From contig OZ316893.1 of the NCBI GenBank assembly GCA_973895155.1, positions 22,231,844-22,295,843 on the forward strand: a stretch of 64,000 nucleotides of DNA. Direction: 5' to 3'. The notes below the pieces were generated by a model that searched no databases, had not been told where the DNA came from, and worked only from the letters and a program-made list of their open reading frames with translations. Shown here piece after piece: positions 59,491 through 64,000 of this stretch. This DNA is from Marsupella aquatica. Its lineage: Eukaryota > Plantae > Marchantiophyta. The position numbers were made by a program, and so were the translations under genes. Positions within the stretch are counted from its first letter, which is position 1. The number at the start of each line of letters is the position of its first letter.

Positions 59491-62400
59491 ATGAGCAACG
59501 TCAATCAAGCGACACATTTTTGGGGATGCCTGTTCGAACAGGCAGGTGAGTACCTCAGGACTTACGAGGACAAAGAATCGGAGAGAGCAGCTCAAGAACG
59601 GCAGGAGCTCGCTCGGCTTTGGGAACTACAGAAGACGGCTTTCTTAGGAGGAGAACTTATCAAGGCTGAGTTCTTGTGGACTCCTACTGCCAATCAACTT
59701 GACGACCTTCAGTTTTGCAAAAACAGAATTCGGCATCCGGGAAGCCATCAATCGCTGCAACGACCTACACTGGGAGTTGAAGGGTAACACGGAGGGGTGG
59801 ACGAAGGCAACCTTGCTAGGAGAAACATCCACGGTAGCCGAGATGAAGAGGAAAGGAAACAACCACGAAGAGGCCACCCCGGCAAAAAGAACGAGGTCAG
59901 CAGCACCTAGGAAGCCAGCAGAGCAGCAGAGCAGGACAAAGGGAGAAGCCGTTGAGGAAGAGGTCGATCCCATCAATGCCATTCCAACAAATGATGACAC
60001 CTGGAAAGGCTGGGCGGCGACCCTACCGGAGGAAGTGCAATTACACTTTGCACGGGAGGAGGATGCATGCTTTACGGCCATGCAGACCAAGAAGTACCAG
60101 GGCTTCATGGCCGGATCTGGCTTGGAAGCCTTTGTAAGATTACCATGGCTGAAGCCAGAGGTGCCAAACTCAGACTTATTAGAATTCGTGGGATCATGGG
60201 AACCCGAGACCAATTCCACGAGGGTGTATGGGAAGGATTTCTATCTCACTCCCCGGGTGATTGCCAAGGTGTTTGGCTTGCCAATGGGTAATAAGACCAA
60301 AGTTGATACCAGGAAGACCTTACCTGACAAGGAGTTTTGGTCATTCCCAGGACCATCAACGAAGAATGGCTTCTTCCGAAACACCTGCACCAACCCGCAC
60401 ATCGGAGAGATGATCGATTTCTTGCGGGTGACCATGCACTGTAACTTGCCGAGGGCAGAGATCGGCAAGGCTCAGGTCTACCTGGCAGAAAGGCCAAACC
60501 CAATCCGGGATTACAACGGGTACCTCCTCAACCAACTGAAGAAAATCTTGAAGGAGGAACAGCAGGTGATCGGCGTGGGAAGCATGTCCCGGCTTGGCTA
60601 TCACATGCCACTATTGTGCTGGTATGCCAGAAGTCAAATCTTTGCCCCAGTACTTCCCCTATCGGCAAGGGCACCGGAGGAGGTCCCGGAGTAGAGGCCG
60701 GCACCAGAGAAGCCCAACCAGCCCGACAGTCCAACGATCGAGCAAGTGTTTCGGACAAGGAAAGAAGACTTGCCGATGCAGCAACCAGGCATGCAAAATC
60801 TGCTGAAATTGTTGGAGAAGGAAAAGAGAACGGTTCCAGCAACGGCAACGGCAACGGCACCAATACAAGACGCTGCCCCAGAGATCGGCCTAAGCCGACT
60901 CAGAAGGGAAGACCCCTTTATCGGAGCCAAGGAGAGAAGGAGGCCAGAACACAAGCCGGGAGTGCGAATGTATGTGGGAGCCTCAAGCCTCGAATTAGAG
61001 GCAGAGCAGCCTAAGGCTCCTTCCCGCGGAGAGCAGAGGGAGACGACAGCCTGGAAACCAGAGAAACCAGAGCCCGTGATCTATAAGGCCATTTTCACGA
61101 CTGGACCAGGGGAACAAAAGGAGAAGCCGAGAGTCCAAGTAGTGGAGGAGGCGGTGGAGGACTACAGCAATGATAACTCCGGCTATGGGTCGGATCATCA
61201 TGTTCCAGGAGTAAGGACCTATGGCCGATTTATCCCCACGCTTCCAAGAGTAGTTCGAGGGGACCCCACCCAGCAGAGTAGCCCCGAGTCTCCCCCACCA
61301 GAGGTTGCTCCCCCAAGCTTTGACGGCATAAAGCAGACGGCACAAGAATTTCAGGAGCGACTTAGGGAGGAAGAGAAAGCAGCCCTGGCTAGGGAGAAGG
61401 ATTTACCAGGAGGAGATTGGTCGGAGGACATTAGGTGGCTTGCCAAAAAAAGAAGCAACCCTTTTGCCACCATAGAAGAAATCCGCAGGGCGGCTTGGGA
61501 GCAGAGGCCGCGGTGGTTGATGCCAATGACTTCTAGTTACTCCACCTATGCTAAGGATAGAGCCATGGAGTACGGGGAGATGTGTGGGGACCTGGCGCTT
61601 AGCATCTTTGGGGAGGAGTTGGAGCAGGGACCCTTTTTCCAGAGGGAGATGTTGGAAAAGCACCGATTAGAAGAAGCGGTGGCTTTGGAGAGAAGCAAGA
61701 AGGACGAGGTCATCCGGCGGCTTAGGGAGAAGGAAGCCAAAGTGGAAGTCTTGCAGGTGGCCAAGAAAGCCCAAGATGAGCTGCGGATTAAGCGGCATGA
61801 GCTAAACATCATGTAGGGGCAGTTGGATACCGCTCAGTCTGACAATCAGATTATCAAAGATAAACTGACTCGGACCCAAGGAGAGTTGGCCGGCGCAATC
61901 AAGGAAAGAGAGAAATGGAAGCGAGAGCTAAGGGATGCAGAGGAGGCCCACTTAGCAACCAACAATCGGGCCATGGCGGAGAACCAGAGAAGGGAGAGGG
62001 CGTTGAAAGGAGAGCTTGAAGATATCCGCGGAGCCCTTGAGCAGAAGGAAGCAGAGTTAGGGAAATCCTATCAAGGGATTATTGCGCTGCAGCAGGAGCT
62101 TGCGTCCCTGACGGCCAGCTTCAAGGCCGACCTGCGTGAAAAGGACGACCAGCTCAACCAGACTTATGCCAAGATGAATAAGATGGAGTCTGTGGTCGTA
62201 GCAGAGCTCGACAAGGAGCTAAGAGCAACCCAGGAGGAGAGGGCTACCCTGAAAAAAGAATTGGAGGAAGCCAATAAGGAGCTGGAGGAGGCGCGCAAGG
62301 ACCTGGACAAGACCCAAAAGGAGTTGGAGGAAATCACGAGAAAGATGGAGAACCTACAGCGGCGGGCCGACAACCAAACGGAGCGGCTGAAGACACAAGC

Positions 62401-62923
62401 CGCAATATTTAAATGCTTGGCTTCATCAGGTCCAACTCCAATTGAGGGAACCCAGTTACCAGGGGTAGTATTGGCCGCAGGACAAGCCGTACCACTCACC
62501 CCGGTGCCGGAGGTAAGTGGCAAGGGGAAGGAACCGGCTGTCGAAATAGGGAAGAAGAAGAAGCGGAAACCTTCTAGGTCTGGGAGTTATACGGCTTCTC
62601 AAGCCGTTGTGACCGAGAAGATAAACCCGGCACCAACCTCCGGCATCGGCACGGCGGTGGATCCACCAGTCCTAGGAAGTGGAGATGGCAAGGCCGAGGC
62701 CGGGAGAACCAGTAATGCTACCGATGTACCGGATCCTCCACTAGAACATGTCGGGGAGGCCGTAGCCGTAGCGGAGGCCGTGATCGATGCTGAGGCCAAA
62801 GCCGAGGGTGGACCCAGTCAGGCCGATGAAGAGTTGACTCGGTCAGGGGCAGGTAATCTGTCAGAGGACGGACCAACGGCAGTGGCTGCAGAGGAAGCAT
62901 TGGGGGCGTCCAGTGAGAACTAG
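59491..62923 (+). pseudogene. Degraded homologue of the 884-aa retroelement accessory ORF (PMD-like plus long coiled coil)
   Basis: 59699-62923 is one frame broken only by TAG at 60692-60694 and 61814-61816, with one upstream frameshift near 59730. AFVRLPW..LLEFV..VFGLPMG..NGFFRNTCTNPHIGEMIDFLR..PRAEIGKAQV aligns with the 884-aa protein. Confidence 0.8.
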
Positions 62924-64000
62924 CCACCGGTGTCGTGACGGTGTAAGGGTGCCATCCCTTTTAGGGAGGGCGGACGTGGAGGTAGGAGGCGTGAGTGGGC
63001 AGGGCGGGCGCTGATCTCCAAGTTTAGACTTAGGATCAGGATCAGGAGATGGCCCTGACACTTAGATTAGTGGGATTTCGGATCCACGGGTGAGGGCGAC
63101 ACTTGTGCTCCTGCCTCCCTGTACATAGGTAGATTACAATTAGGTAGATTACAGTAGGTAGATTAGGCTTACGCTGCAAGGAATCAGGCGGATCCACAAC
63201 CAAGATAAGTACCTGGGCTGCGGGGAGTTCAGGGCCTCTTCTTTAGCAAGTTTTTAGTTGCACCAGCAGGGCTAGGATCAAGTAGTAAGAGAAGCTCTCG
63301 GTTAGTTATACAGTGACCCTTGTGTATATTCATGTTTCCTCATACCTAAGAACTGAATAGAGTTGGCCTCACGGCTTAGTTCGCAGAGCTTGTGTATGAG
63401 ATGTACTGTTTGTATGGCAAGTGCATGGTATAACTCAGTCAGAAGGAGTCATTTTGCTATTTGTGTGTCGCATTAATTTATGTGAAGAGTGCCCACATCA
63501 ACTAATAGAGGAATAGAAGTAAGCAGGGGAGTGAGAGTTGGATGTGTCGAGCTGAGAACCCCTATTTAGATAAAACTGGACAATTAGTGAAATTTTGGAT
63601 TGATTGAAATTACAATTAAATCATATTTAAGCAAAATAAATTCATTATTACTAAGTTAACACTTGCATGTACCAAAAAACCATATATATTGGTACACAAT
63701 GTCATAATTAGAATTATTGTAATATGCACAATTTAGAATGAAAGATGCACAATCCATGGTCCAATAATGAATAAAGTGGTACAAGGTGTACAATCACATT
63801 AATGTGCACAAATTTACTAGTAAGAGTGAAATGCATAATCCATGATCCAGTCATGAATAACCATCCACATATGGAAATCATTCAATGCTAGGTTGCTTTC
63901 TTGTGATTGTTGAAGAGAAGAATTTTATTGAAGAATTGCTCTCCCCTTTTTAATATGTCAAATCAACCAAATAACAAGGTGATGATGATGATTTACAATT

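Noticed and set aside
60692-61816. Programmed readthrough or RNA editing of two in-frame TAGs
   Set aside because: An upstream frameshift and general decay make simple nonsense mutation more parsimonious.

Overview
Eukaryotic land-plant nuclear DNA, probably a bryophyte or lycophyte (an inference from gene families and style). It is gene-poor and transposon-rich, with no CRISPR, rRNA or prokaryotic features. Host genes: the 5' part of an RS-subfamily SR splicing factor (minus strand, with a probable poison exon in its long intron), an intronless HMA-domain protein, an F-box/kelch pseudogene and a tRNA-derived pseudogene or SINE head. Mobile DNA: (i) a spliced CACTA/EnSpm TNP2-type transposase gene interrupted by a 4,016-bp TG...CA element with a perfect 5-bp TSD. 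That element has no LTR pair and no gag/pol, only a TATA box and one intact 884-aa ORF (PMD/Athila-ORF-like domain plus coiled coil), i.e. apparently a gene-carrying solo LTR. Two more homologues of this ORF lie in the window. (ii) Several non-autonomous TIR elements of two families sharing 5'-C(C/T)CGGG termini and 8-bp TSDs (176 bp to 3.7 kb). There is also a head-to-head tandem array upstream of the SR gene and a perfect 28-bp hairpin.
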